Shown piece after piece: positions 16,189-24,267 of a stretch of 32,000 nucleotides of DNA. The stretch comes from Alphaproteobacteria phage PhiJL001. Each line of letters begins with the position of its first letter. Position 1 is the first letter of the stretch. The notes beneath the pieces are model-generated. The model saw nothing but the letters and a program-made list of their open reading frames with translations, had not been told where the DNA came from and did no database searches. Location of the stretch: sequence record AY576273.1; one strand, 5' to 3'. Position numbers and translations under genes: made by a program.

Positions 16189-16628
16189 GCGAGGCAGGCT
16201 TCTGGAGCAGCTCCGTCAAGCCAGCCCTGTTCGGCTGGGACCCGATCCGGATAGAGACGCCGGATCGGGACGGCACTCCGGACGTCAACCACATCCATGG
16301 CTGGCTGGAGCTGAAGCAGGTGGACAGCTGGCCGGTCCGCGAGGACACGCCGCTCCGAGTGGAGCACTACACGCCCCAGCAGAGGGTTTGGCACAAGAGG
16401 AGGTGCCTGGCGGGCGGACGCTGCCAGGTGCTGATCAAGGTGAAGAACGACATCCTGCTGCTGAACGGGCGAGTTGCCAGCGATGTCCTTGGGCACCTGT
16501 CGCGAGGGGATCTAATCAAACATGCCGTGGGTCACTGGACCACGCGGCAGAAGTGGAAGAAAGAACTGAAGAATGCGATACTCTCGGATCGACCTGACAG
16601 GCAACTCGGACTTTTTGACAGCCGGTGA
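16185..16628 (+). CDS. PD-(D/E)XK nuclease-like protein
   Basis: TPDVNHIHGWLELKQ (PD...ExK) followed by LRVEHYTPQQRVWHKRR. Start GTG 16185 rather than 16047. Confidence 0.5.
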   Translation: MSEAGFWSSSVKPALFGWDPIRIETPDRDGTPDVNHIHGWLELKQVDSWPVREDTPLRVEHYTPQQRVWHKRRCLAGGRCQVLIKVKNDILLLNGRVASDVLGHLSRGDLIKHAVGHWTTRQKWKKELKNAILSDRPDRQLGLFDSR

Positions 16629-16917
16629 GACCCTGCTGTTGTGGCGCCGCCGCCGTGGTGAGAACCAGGGACAGGCCGCGCGACAGATGGGGCTCGACCG
16701 GAGGCAGGTGTCGCTGATGGAGGCGGACAAGGTGAACTTCGCGCCCAAGAGGCTGCGAGGCATCCAGGTGCACGAGAAGTGCCTGATCTACCGCCGCCGC
16801 GCGGGCAAGACACAGCGCGAGGTGGCCCGAGACCTCGGCGTCTCCAGGCTCTGGGTGAACAAGATGGAGAACGGTCTGGAGTCCTGCGACCAGCTCCTTT
16901 GGTACTGGGAGCAGTGA
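16573..16917 (+). CDS. tandem helix-turn-helix (XRE-like) regulator
   Basis: Two HTH-like segments: LLLWRRRRGENQGQAARQMGLDRRQVSLMEAD and CLIYRRRAGKTQREVARDLGVSRLWVNKMENG. Confidence 0.75.
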   Translation: MRYSRIDLTGNSDFLTAGETLLLWRRRRGENQGQAARQMGLDRRQVSLMEADKVNFAPKRLRGIQVHEKCLIYRRRAGKTQREVARDLGVSRLWVNKMENGLESCDQLLWYWEQ

Positions 16918-16926
16918 CCCTATACT
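16898..16926 (+). promoter_or_regulatory. weak promoter candidate TTTGGT-17-TATACT ahead of the primase gene
   Basis: TATACT at 16921 with 17-nt spacing to TTTGGT; lacks the TTCTG extension. Confidence 0.3.
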
Positions 16927-16953
16927 GGTCGCTCGCAGAAACGGAGGCGCGTC

Positions 16954-19266
16954 TTGAAACCCAACATCCAGGAATCGATTGACTTTCTCAAGTGGTTCCG
17001 CCCAGGCGGCCCGTGGGTGCTCATGTCAATCGTCCCGAACGGCCGGATCACGACGACCACCTTCCGGCCCCAGCACGAGCGGATGCTGTCCGACTGGCTG
17101 GAGTCCCGCGCGGGCCACGAGAACATATACTTCCAGGTCAACGACACCGGCGAGAAGTCGATCACGAAGAAGCCTACCAAGGCTGACATCGTGGCGGCGG
17201 ACTGGGTGCACGTCGACGTCGATCCCTCCGCCGACCCGTCGCTGTTCGACGCGGAGCGGAAGCGGATCCTCAAGAAGCTGAAGGGCCACTCCCCGGCTCC
17301 CACTCTCATCATCGACTCCGGCAACGGGTACCAGGCCTTCTGGAAGCTGGCCGAGCCGGTCCGGGTGACAAGCCCCTCGGAGGAGGCGTGGGCCGACTTC
17401 GAGCGGTACAACAGACAGCTGGAGACGGACCTCGGCGGGGACCACTGCTTCAACGTCGACCGGATCATGCGGCTGCCGGGAACCATCAACGTCCCGAACA
17501 AGAAGAAGCGGACACAGGGTCGGACGGAGCGGCTCGCCAAGCTGGTTCACAAGGCCGACCAGTCCGTGGAGCTCTCGCTCTTCCCACAGGCTCCGCTGCT
17601 GGACGGCGGTGACCAGGGCGACGTGGGCCGCGCGCGGGTCCAGCTGTCGGGCAACCTGCCCCGGCTCTCTGAGATAGACGACCTGGACCAGCACGGGGAG
17701 GTGCCTCAGTACGTGAAGATGCTCTGCGTGCAGGGCCTGGACCCGGACAACCCGGACCGGTATCCCTCCCGCTCGGAGTGCTTCTGGTTCGTCCTGTGCG
17801 AGCTGGTTCGCTGCGAGATCCCAGACGACGTGATCGCGTCGATCATGATGGACCCGGACTTCCTCATATCCGGCCACGTGCTTGACCAGCGGAACTCCAA
17901 CGGCTACATGGTGCGGCAGTTGCAGCGCGCTCACGAGTGCGCCATCAACCCGGCGCTGCCATCGCTGAACGACAACCACTTCGTCACCATGGTCGGCGGC
18001 AAGATCAAGGTCGGCTACGAGGCCGAGGACGGCGAGATATCATTCATGGACCCCGGCTCCTTCGAGAAGTTCTACTCGAACCAGCGGGTCGAGATCGGTC
18101 AGACCAAGGAGGGGATGCCGATCACACAGAAGCTCGGGAAGTGGTGGATGGAGCACAAGGACCGGCGATCGTACAAGGACGGGATAGTCTTCAGCCCCTC
18201 CGGCGAGGCACCGCCACAGGCGTACAACCTGTGGAAGGGCTTCGCCTGCCAGGCCGTCGCCGGGAGCGCTCACGAGCGCTGGCTGGAGCACGTCTTCGAG
18301 AACGTGTGCAACGGCAACGACGAGCACTACAAGTACACCATCGGATGGGCCGCGCGACTGGTGCAGAACCCCGCGACCCAGAGCGAGACGGCCCTGGTCA
18401 TGCGCGGCAAGGAGGGCACCGGCAAGAACACGTTCGTCGGCACCCTGGGCTCTTTCTTCCCACGCCACTACTTCGAGAGCTCCTCTTCCGGCCAGTTCCT
18501 GGGCAACTTCAACGCCCACCTCCGCGACAAGGTGCTGGTCCACGCCAACGAGGCATTCTTCGCCGGGGACAAGAAGCACGAGGCCACGCTGAAGATGATC
18601 GTCACCGAGGAGATGATGCCAATCGAGGCCAAGGGTGTCGACATCACCCGGTGCCCGAACTACCTCCACGTGGTCATGTCCTCCAACAGCGATTGGGTGG
18701 TCCCGGCCGGTCCCGACTCCCGGCGCTTCATGGTGCTGGACGTGTCGGACAAGCGACTCCAGGACAGCTCCTACTTCGCCAAGATCAAGAACGAGCTGAA
18801 CAACGGCGGGCGGGAGAACCTGCTCCGGTTCCTGATGGACTACGACCTGTCCGACTACAACGTGCGCCGGGTGCCAATCACAGAGGCACTGCTGGACCAG
18901 CGGATGCGGACGATGCCCAAGCTGGGGCAGTGGTGGATGGCACGGCTGGACAGGGGCTACGTCATAAACCCGGAGGACGGCTGGTCGCGGGAGCTGGAGG
19001 TGGAGCACGTCTGGCACTCCTACGTCAAGGACATGCAGGACCAGAGCGAGCACTACCGGGCCACGCGGATAGAGCTCGGCAAGTTTCTCAGCCGCGCCTG
19101 TCCAGGGATCCAGAGGAAGAGGGTGCAGACTGGTGGCGGAGGAAAGCGACCCGTCTACCACCTGCCGACCCTGGAGGAGTGCAGGGACCAGTTCGACGAC
19201 GTCATGGGCGGACCCTTCGAGTGGTCGGCGACCGAGGCGGACGTCCAGGACGACATCCCATTTTAA
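16954..19266 (+). CDS. AEP (RepB/bifunctional-type) primase fused to SF3 helicase
   Basis: TTG start. WVHVDVDPSADPSLFD, TLIIDSGNGYQAFWKL, DRIMRLPGTINVPNKKK; helicase Walker A MRGKEGTGKNTFVGTL, LHVVMSSNSDWVVPAGPDSRRFMVLDV; C-terminus VQDDIPF. Confidence 0.9.
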   Translation: MKPNIQESIDFLKWFRPGGPWVLMSIVPNGRITTTTFRPQHERMLSDWLESRAGHENIYFQVNDTGEKSITKKPTKADIVAADWVHVDVDPSADPSLFDAERKRILKKLKGHSPAPTLIIDSGNGYQAFWKLAEPVRVTSPSEEAWADFERYNRQLETDLGGDHCFNVDRIMRLPGTINVPNKKKRTQGRTERLAKLVHKADQSVELSLFPQAPLLDGGDQGDVGRARVQLSGNLPRLSEIDDLDQHGEVPQYVKMLCVQGLDPDNPDRYPSRSECFWFVLCELVRCEIPDDVIASIMMDPDFLISGHVLDQRNSNGYMVRQLQRAHECAINPALPSLNDNHFVTMVGGKIKVGYEAEDGEISFMDPGSFEKFYSNQRVEIGQTKEGMPITQKLGKWWMEHKDRRSYKDGIVFSPSGEAPPQAYNLWKGFACQAVAGSAHERWLEHVFENVCNGNDEHYKYTIGWAARLVQNPATQSETALVMRGKEGTGKNTFVGTLGSFFPRHYFESSSSGQFLGNFNAHLRDKVLVHANEAFFAGDKKHEATLKMIVTEEMMPIEAKGVDITRCPNYLHVVMSSNSDWVVPAGPDSRRFMVLDVSDKRLQDSSYFAKIKNELNNGGRENLLRFLMDYDLSDYNVRRVPITEALLDQRMRTMPKLGQWWMARLDRGYVINPEDGWSRELEVEHVWHSYVKDMQDQSEHYRATRIELGKFLSRACPGIQRKRVQTGGGGKRPVYHLPTLEECRDQFDDVMGGPFEWSATEADVQDDIPF

Positions 19267-19270
19267 GGGG

Positions 19271-19299
19271 TTTACTTCTGAGCGGTTCAGAAGTATACA
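19271..19299 (+). promoter_or_regulatory. promoter P4, TTTACT-17-TATACA, with internal palindrome TACTTCTGA-GCGGT-TCAGAAGTA
   Basis: Immediately after the primase stop codon; perfect 9-nt arms at 19273-19281 and 19287-19295. Confidence 0.7.
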
Positions 19300-19351
19300 T
19301 ATGGCACTCACAAGAGTGTGAGCGTCTGTAACAGAAAGTGAGAATAGAACC

Positions 19352-19720
19352 ATGGATTCAAACGACACAACCGTCAAGCTCGCCCCGAAGGCCCTCTCCG
19401 GAGAGCTCCTCGACCTGGCCCGTCAGATCCGCGACATCGACCAGTCGGTCTCGGACCGGGCAGAGGAGCTGCAGAAGGCGGCCCAGGAGGCATACGAGAT
19501 CTTTGCCAATGAACAGAAGGCATTCCGCACCGAGGTCTACGACAAGCTGGTCCTCGCGGCTGGCTTCGAGCTCGGCGACGACAAGCAGTACTCCCTCGAC
19601 TTCACGTATGAAGACGCGGACGGTGGCGCGGTCTACCTCGTGCCGAAGCAGCGCGACGTCGGCCAGGGCGGCATGGCCGAGATGCTCGAGCGCGCCCTGA
19701 GTGGTGCCGCGAACAACTGA
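19352..19720 (+). CDS. hypothetical protein, helical
   Basis: 122 aa, first gene downstream of P4. Confidence 0.75.
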   Translation: MDSNDTTVKLAPKALSGELLDLARQIRDIDQSVSDRAEELQKAAQEAYEIFANEQKAFRTEVYDKLVLAAGFELGDDKQYSLDFTYEDADGGAVYLVPKQRDVGQGGMAEMLERALSGAANN

Positions 19721-19775
19721 CCCGTCCCGGAGGGTCAGACGGAGGGCCGGTGTCACGCTCAGCGCACCGGCCCTC
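19717..19775 (+). terminator. tandem hairpins, candidate terminator
   Basis: CTGACCC-8-GGGTCAG (19717-19738) followed by perfect 11-nt arms GAGGGCCGGTG / CACCGGCCCTC (19742-19775). Confidence 0.55.
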
Positions 19776-19805
19776 TCCACTCCCACACAGAAACGGAGAA
19801 CGACA

Positions 19806-20072
19806 ATGGCGAACGTGATGTTCAAACACGAGAACGGCGACGAGGCACAGTGCAACATCACTGGCTTCAAGGGCGTGATCGACGCGCGGGCGGACCACCT
19901 GTACGGGTGCAACCGCTACCACCTCCAGCCGAAAGCGACCAAGGAGGGCACCATCCCGGACGGTGCCTGGTTCGACGAGGACGGCATCACCATAACGAAG
20001 AAGGCCAAGGTCAAGGGCCACGAGCCGGAGAAGGGCAAGGAGCGCGGCGGATTCATCGGGAGGGACAAGTGA
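19806..20072 (+). CDS. hypothetical protein
   Basis: 88 aa from ATG 19806 with CAGAAACGGAG leader. Confidence 0.7.
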   Translation: MANVMFKHENGDEAQCNITGFKGVIDARADHLYGCNRYHLQPKATKEGTIPDGAWFDEDGITITKKAKVKGHEPEKGKERGGFIGRDK

Positions 20073-20380
20073 GGGACCTCCGCTCGGACGAGATCCTCTA
20101 CGACCGCACCGGGCGAGAGATCAAGATCGGCGACGTGGTCCGTGTGACCATGCGAGTGCCCGTCCTCAACACCGAGTACGACGCCTATCGCCAGGCCGTG
20201 GCAATCGTGAAGCTCGGCACCCGGACCGACCGCCACATGGACTTCGACCCGCTGCTCATGGACGGCAACAAGCGCCTCCACGAGGTGCTCGACGGCCGCA
20301 TCCTGGAGGACGTGGAGATCGTCCAGTCCCTGGACGGGGAGCACCCTCAGCGCGTGTCCATCCTGGAGCAGGCGTCATGA
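20069..20380 (+). CDS. hypothetical protein
   Basis: 103 aa from GTG, GTGA overlap. Confidence 0.65.
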   Translation: MRDLRSDEILYDRTGREIKIGDVVRVTMRVPVLNTEYDAYRQAVAIVKLGTRTDRHMDFDPLLMDGNKRLHEVLDGRILEDVEIVQSLDGEHPQRVSILEQAS

Positions 20381-20856
20381 CCAGGGTCGGCGACATCCTC
20401 TACCGTCTCACGTGGGACATGGGCTTCGGCCCGTGGCACCGCCTCTGGGACGAAGACTGCACGGAGGAGGACGACGCCTTCAAGGCGGAGGTGCAGATGG
20501 AGACGTGGATCGTGAGACAGGTCCGCCGCCGCGCGCTGCCAGAGGCCATGCGCGCTCGCGGCTTCTCCTCCCTGGGCACTCCGCAGCACGTCTACCTCCG
20601 GCGCTACGACCCCGGCCACGGCATGAAGTTCAAGATGGACCGGGCCACGCGGGAGCAGGTGCCGGTGTTCGAGCCGTTCTGTCCCGAGTGCTGGAAGACG
20701 TCTTGGAAGATCGGCGAGAAGCCCAAGGGCTTCCGGCCCAGCAAGAAGGGCGCGGCGATCGCCGCCATGGCGCAGCTCAAGCTGTCAACCGAGTTCCAGC
20801 ATCACCCCGGCCACGGTCGCGCGCTGCTGAAGAGAATGGAGAGGTACAAGAAATGA
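20377..20856 (+). CDS. hypothetical protein
   Basis: 159 aa, ATGA overlap with upstream gene. Confidence 0.65.
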   Translation: MTRVGDILYRLTWDMGFGPWHRLWDEDCTEEDDAFKAEVQMETWIVRQVRRRALPEAMRARGFSSLGTPQHVYLRRYDPGHGMKFKMDRATREQVPVFEPFCPECWKTSWKIGEKPKGFRPSKKGAAIAAMAQLKLSTEFQHHPGHGRALLKRMERYKK

Positions 20857-20942
20857 CCTTCTGGAGAGCGGCTGCCATCGGTGTCGTGATCGCGGCTGGC
20901 TACATGGTCGGCCAGGTCATCGTGATGTTAGGCTCCTGTTAA
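20853..20942 (+). CDS. 29-aa single-TM peptide
   Basis: MTFWRAAAIGVVIAAGYMVGQVIVMLGSC, ATGA overlap; not in the ORF track. Confidence 0.4.
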   Translation: MTFWRAAAIGVVIAAGYMVGQVIVMLGSC

Positions 20943-20961
20943 CCAACGCGTGCGAAGTCGC

Positions 20962-20990
20962 TTTACTTCTGAACGCACGAGGGCTATGAT
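20962..20990 (+). promoter_or_regulatory. promoter P5, TTTACT-17-TATGAT
   Basis: Intergenic GAAGTCGCTTTACTTCTGAACG box, followed by leader TCATCAGAAAAGGAGCACCACCATG. Confidence 0.8.
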
Positions 20991-21016
20991 GTTCTCATCA
21001 GAAAAGGAGCACCACC

Positions 21017-21217
21017 ATGTTTTACGCGATCAAAGACGACCACGGCAACTGGGTCAAGTCAGGCGGCGAGACGTTTCAGCAGCTCGGCCGCGTTCCGACC
21101 CTGTACAGCAACAAGCCGCTGGCTGAGATGGTCGTTCGCGACTACAAGTTCATCAGCAAGAACTCCGGCAAGAACCCGCGCCGGTTGACGATCGTTCCCT
21201 TTGGAGAGCTGTCATGA
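21017..21217 (+). CDS. hypothetical protein
   Basis: 66 aa, RBS AAAAGGAG, first gene after P5. Confidence 0.75.
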   Translation: MFYAIKDDHGNWVKSGGETFQQLGRVPTLYSNKPLAEMVVRDYKFISKNSGKNPRRLTIVPFGELS

Positions 21218-21588
21218 TCACGTACGACGATCCGTCCATCGGAGGGACCAACCTCCTTCCGGCTGGCAACAACTACCACGAGACCTTCCGGGATGCCCGA
21301 ACGGTCGACTGGTCCGAGCCGGGTCTGCGCGTGACGCGCTTCCGCATCGTGAGCGACCCTGGCTTCGGAGCCTGGGACGTGTCCTACTGCCACGGCTACA
21401 TCGGCGACGAGCCGGTGCACGTGGAGCTGCCGTTCGACCAGCTGGCGAAGCACAGCTTCAAGTACCGCGACCGCGACGGCAACATCCGCAAGGGTGGCTG
21501 GAAGGCACACCTCATCGCCTGGGGCAAGAAGGAGGGCGTGAACGTGTCTCGCCTGGGCTTCTTCGCCGCCGTGTCAACACTCAACTGA
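21214..21588 (+). CDS. hypothetical protein
   Basis: 124 aa, ATGA overlap. Confidence 0.65.
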   Translation: MITYDDPSIGGTNLLPAGNNYHETFRDARTVDWSEPGLRVTRFRIVSDPGFGAWDVSYCHGYIGDEPVHVELPFDQLAKHSFKYRDRDGNIRKGGWKAHLIAWGKKEGVNVSRLGFFAAVSTLN

Positions 21589-21598
21589 GGAGGACAAC

Positions 21599-21982
21599 AT
21601 GACCGACACACCGACACTGCCCGACCCGTTCCAGGCGTGGGTCACGCCGAGCGAGACACGGGACTTCATGCCACAGCTCAACGACGGAGCGCGGCCCTTC
21701 TGGGTGTACGTGCGCGAGGAGAACTACGTCATGTGCTCCGTGGTGGTCTGGGCCACCTCCCCGAGCGAGGCCCGAACGATCGTGGCCAACGGCTGCCAGC
21801 ACGTCCGCGAGTGCTCCAGGGAGTACGAGGAGCACGCGGGCAAGAAGAGCTACAACCGGACCGAGAAGGCCAAGCGGCTCCAGTACATGCTGTCATATGA
21901 CCACGCGGGAGTCCACGTGCAGGAGGTTCTCCCCGGAACCTCGCTCAACGTGTCCTGGGCCCACAACGACACGGTGTTCTGA
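21599..21982 (+). CDS. hypothetical protein
   Basis: 127 aa, RBS GAGGAG. Confidence 0.65.
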   Translation: MTDTPTLPDPFQAWVTPSETRDFMPQLNDGARPFWVYVREENYVMCSVVVWATSPSEARTIVANGCQHVRECSREYEEHAGKKSYNRTEKAKRLQYMLSYDHAGVHVQEVLPGTSLNVSWAHNDTVF

Positions 21983-22227
21983 TGTTCAACGCGGCGATGA
22001 AGACAGCACTGCCCAGGCCAGGGTGGATCCCGTACCGGCTGCGTGGCAGCTGGTCGCGCGGAGGAGTCCCCGGCAAGCAGCCGACAGACCTGATGGTGCA
22101 TGTGGCAGGCCACGGGCCGCGCCGGGTCTACCACAACGTCTACCGAGGTGGATACTTCATCATCCACCGAGGCCGTCGTCAATACGTCGACATCAACGAA
22201 GTCCTGAGAAAGGCGAGAGGAGAGTAG
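21982..22227 (+). CDS. hypothetical protein
   Basis: 81 aa, adjacent/overlapping start. Confidence 0.55.
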   Translation: MFNAAMKTALPRPGWIPYRLRGSWSRGGVPGKQPTDLMVHVAGHGPRRVYHNVYRGGYFIIHRGRRQYVDINEVLRKARGE

Positions 22228-22229
22228 AG

Positions 22230-22412
22230 ATGGTGAAGTTGTTCAAGTACATCGAGATGGCGATCCAGCCCGACAAGGAGACGAAGGGTTGCCATCGCTA
22301 CGCCCATGTGGGCGGCGACACAGGCGTGACCACCCTGTACGTGCAGAAGAACAGTCTCCAGGGCGAGAGGCCGCCCGAGATCATCCACGTGCGCATCGAG
22401 GTGAAGGAGTAG
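22230..22412 (+). CDS. hypothetical protein
   Basis: 60 aa from ATG 22230 with AGGAGAG RBS. Confidence 0.55.
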   Translation: MVKLFKYIEMAIQPDKETKGCHRYAHVGGDTGVTTLYVQKNSLQGERPPEIIHVRIEVKE

Positions 22413-22442
22413 CGATCTGTTAACCACCGTGCCAGAAGTCGC

Positions 22443-22471
22443 TTTACTTCTGAACGGAACTCGGGCATGAT
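22443..22471 (+). promoter_or_regulatory. promoter P6, TTTACT-17-CATGAT, near-duplicate of P5
   Basis: GTTAACCACC...CAGAAGTCGCTTTACTTCTGAACG and the same GAAAAGGAGCACCACCATG leader. Confidence 0.78.
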
Positions 22472-22496
22472 GGTGTCATAGAAAAGGAGCACCACC

Positions 22497-22742
22497 ATGT
22501 CACATGTAATCACACTCGAAAACTCCAAGTCCTACGCCACCGAGGCGAACCTGGACAAGGCCCTCGTCAAGCTGGGACTGGCAGAGTACACGGGCGGCGA
22601 GAAGTTCGCCTGCCGCTACATCAAGTGCCAGAACGGCGAGGGCCGCTGGACCGCGATCTTCCTGATCAGCGAGTACTTCAACCGGAACGAGACCGGTGGC
22701 TACGTCGGCATCGCCAGCCAGCACGGCTTCATGAGCGTCTGA
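22497..22742 (+). CDS. hypothetical protein
   Basis: 81 aa, RBS AAAAGGAG, first gene after P6. Confidence 0.75.
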   Translation: MSHVITLENSKSYATEANLDKALVKLGLAEYTGGEKFACRYIKCQNGEGRWTAIFLISEYFNRNETGGYVGIASQHGFMSV

Positions 22743-22753
22743 GGGAGGCAGAG

Positions 22754-23398
22754 ATGGAGAAGATCGAGTCATTCAATAACAACTGCACTCTCGTGGCCGT
22801 CAAGGCGGTCATGAACGGCACGAAGACAGACGACGAGATCCTGGCCGCGTTTCGCGGTCGGGGCTACGAGGACAACCAGGGCATGACCCACTCCAAGTGG
22901 ACCGGCGCGGCCCGTGACCTGGGCCTGTCCCTCCGGAGTGTGGCACTGCCCCGGCGCGGTTACAAGTGGGTGTCGTACACGAGCTGGCACGGCGAGGAGT
23001 GGGAGCGCCGCGTCCGCGTCAAGTACACGCTCAAAGAGTTCTGCGAGGCGCACCCACGCGGTGTGTTCCTCGTGTCGGTCCCAGGCCACGCCTTCGTGGT
23101 GGTGCACGGGCAGGTCTGGGACCCCAACTGCGTCCATCAGACGATGGCGCGCCACGTCGAGGCGGTCAAGGAGGTGCTCAACCCTCCGCTGAACGAGATC
23201 TGTCACGACGGCAAGATCCGCTCGCTGCGCACTGGGCGCGTGGGATCCAAGTCCTTCCAGCGGCGCTGGTCAGCGGTGGCATACATCCAGGAGCACGGTC
23301 CCCAGACGGGCGAGACGCTGGTCCGCGAGACCGAGTACACCCAGGCAGACTTCGAGTTCGACAAGAAGAGGGGGAACCTGCGCTATGAGACCGCGTGA
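22754..23398 (+). CDS. papain-like/C39-like fold protein, putative cysteine peptidase
   Basis: NNNCTLVAVKAVM (Cys), VFLVSVPGHAFVVVHGQVWDPN (His, Asp/Asn). Start ATG 22754. Confidence 0.5.
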   Translation: MEKIESFNNNCTLVAVKAVMNGTKTDDEILAAFRGRGYEDNQGMTHSKWTGAARDLGLSLRSVALPRRGYKWVSYTSWHGEEWERRVRVKYTLKEFCEAHPRGVFLVSVPGHAFVVVHGQVWDPNCVHQTMARHVEAVKEVLNPPLNEICHDGKIRSLRTGRVGSKSFQRRWSAVAYIQEHGPQTGETLVRETEYTQADFEFDKKRGNLRYETA

Positions 23399-23606
23399 GG
23401 CGGACCTGAAGCCATGTCCCTTCTGCGGCGGAGCGGCCGAGGAGCACGAGGAGATGGAGAGCGGATACCCGGTCTCCGTCACCGTTCGATGCCAGGACTG
23501 CGGGGCCACGCACCCGCCCGTTCGCGGTGGCTCGATGCAGGGGATGGTGAGACGAGTGGACACCCACAGCGCCACGCGGCGCTGGAACAACAGGAGCGGG
23601 TCATGA
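23385..23606 (+). CDS. Lar-like zinc-ribbon protein (restriction-alleviation family resemblance)
   Basis: LKPCPFCGGAAEEHEE ... VRCQDCGATHPP ... TRRWNNR. Confidence 0.65.
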   Translation: MRPREADLKPCPFCGGAAEEHEEMESGYPVSVTVRCQDCGATHPPVRGGSMQGMVRRVDTHSATRRWNNRSGS

Positions 23607-23866
23607 GTGACTGGGAGTGGGAGCAGTGGTGGCGGACCCGTGGGTTTCCCGAGCTCGGCGACTACATACAGGTCGCCTTCACCTGGAAGGTCGGTGGCGA
23701 GAAGGGTGTCCAAGAGGGGTTCGTCACCTCCATCAATGGCGACTACATCGGTCTCAACGGAGAGAGCGGCGACCCCGACAAGAACGCGTACGCGTGGCGG
23801 AAGAGGATCGTGCCAAGCAAAGAGAAGGAGAGGGAAGAAATCGTGAGTCCATTAACCCTCGCTTAA
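23603..23866 (+). CDS. hypothetical protein
   Basis: 87 aa from ATG 23603, ATGA overlap. Confidence 0.6.
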   Translation: MSDWEWEQWWRTRGFPELGDYIQVAFTWKVGGEKGVQEGFVTSINGDYIGLNGESGDPDKNAYAWRKRIVPSKEKEREEIVSPLTLA

Positions 23867-23909
23867 CACATTCAGGGTATGATGAATTCATAGAAGAGGA
23901 GTCAGGCAA

Positions 23910-24086
23910 ATGCAAGTCGTTCAAACATCCACAGGCAAGGTCTTCGAGGGCACTCTCGTGAAGACAAACAAGAAGGGTCACCAGAAGGTGATGTTTGGCG
24001 AGTGGTGCATGGAGCTCTGGTTCGATGCCAAGGGCGACAGCAAGCCGCTGGCCCAGGAGCGTTCTGGCAAGTTCAAACTGGTCTGA
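23910..24086 (+). CDS. 58-aa hypothetical protein not in the ORF track
   Basis: MQVVQTSTGKVFEGTLVKTNKKGHQKVMFGEWCMELWFDAKGDSKPLAQERSGKFKLV with GAAGAGGAG upstream. Confidence 0.6.
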   Translation: MQVVQTSTGKVFEGTLVKTNKKGHQKVMFGEWCMELWFDAKGDSKPLAQERSGKFKLV

Positions 24087-24099
24087 AGAGGAGAACACA

Positions 24100-24267
24100 A
24101 TGACCAGCCAACAGATGATCAAACGGGCATTCGGGAGGCGGTTGCCGCCCCTGCCCTACACACAGCACTCCCGTCCCACAGACGACGAGAGCGCGGCGCG
24201 GATCTGGATGGGGCACACCTACGAGGGCTCCGAGGTCCAGCGCGAAATAGAGGAGCGGAAGCATTGA
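24100..24267 (+). CDS. hypothetical protein
   Basis: 55 aa (MTSQQMIKRAFGRRLPPLPY...), RBS AGAGGAG. Confidence 0.55.
   Translation: MTSQQMIKRAFGRRLPPLPYTQHSRPTDDESAARIWMGHTYEGSEVQREIEERKH

Noticed and set aside
17937-19331. 464-aa + strand ORF in an alternate frame within the primase, and a 473-aa ORF at 29645-31066 within the portal
   Set aside because: Arg/Ala/Gly/Pro-rich frame-shadow translations; the other frame encodes clear primase and portal motifs.
23851-23883. Seventh member of the TTTACTTCTG promoter family
   Set aside because: The -10 and leader match (TATGATGAATTCATAGAAGAGGAG) but the TTTACTTCTG box is missing; TTAACC lies 20 nt away, so I treat it only as a partial leader copy.
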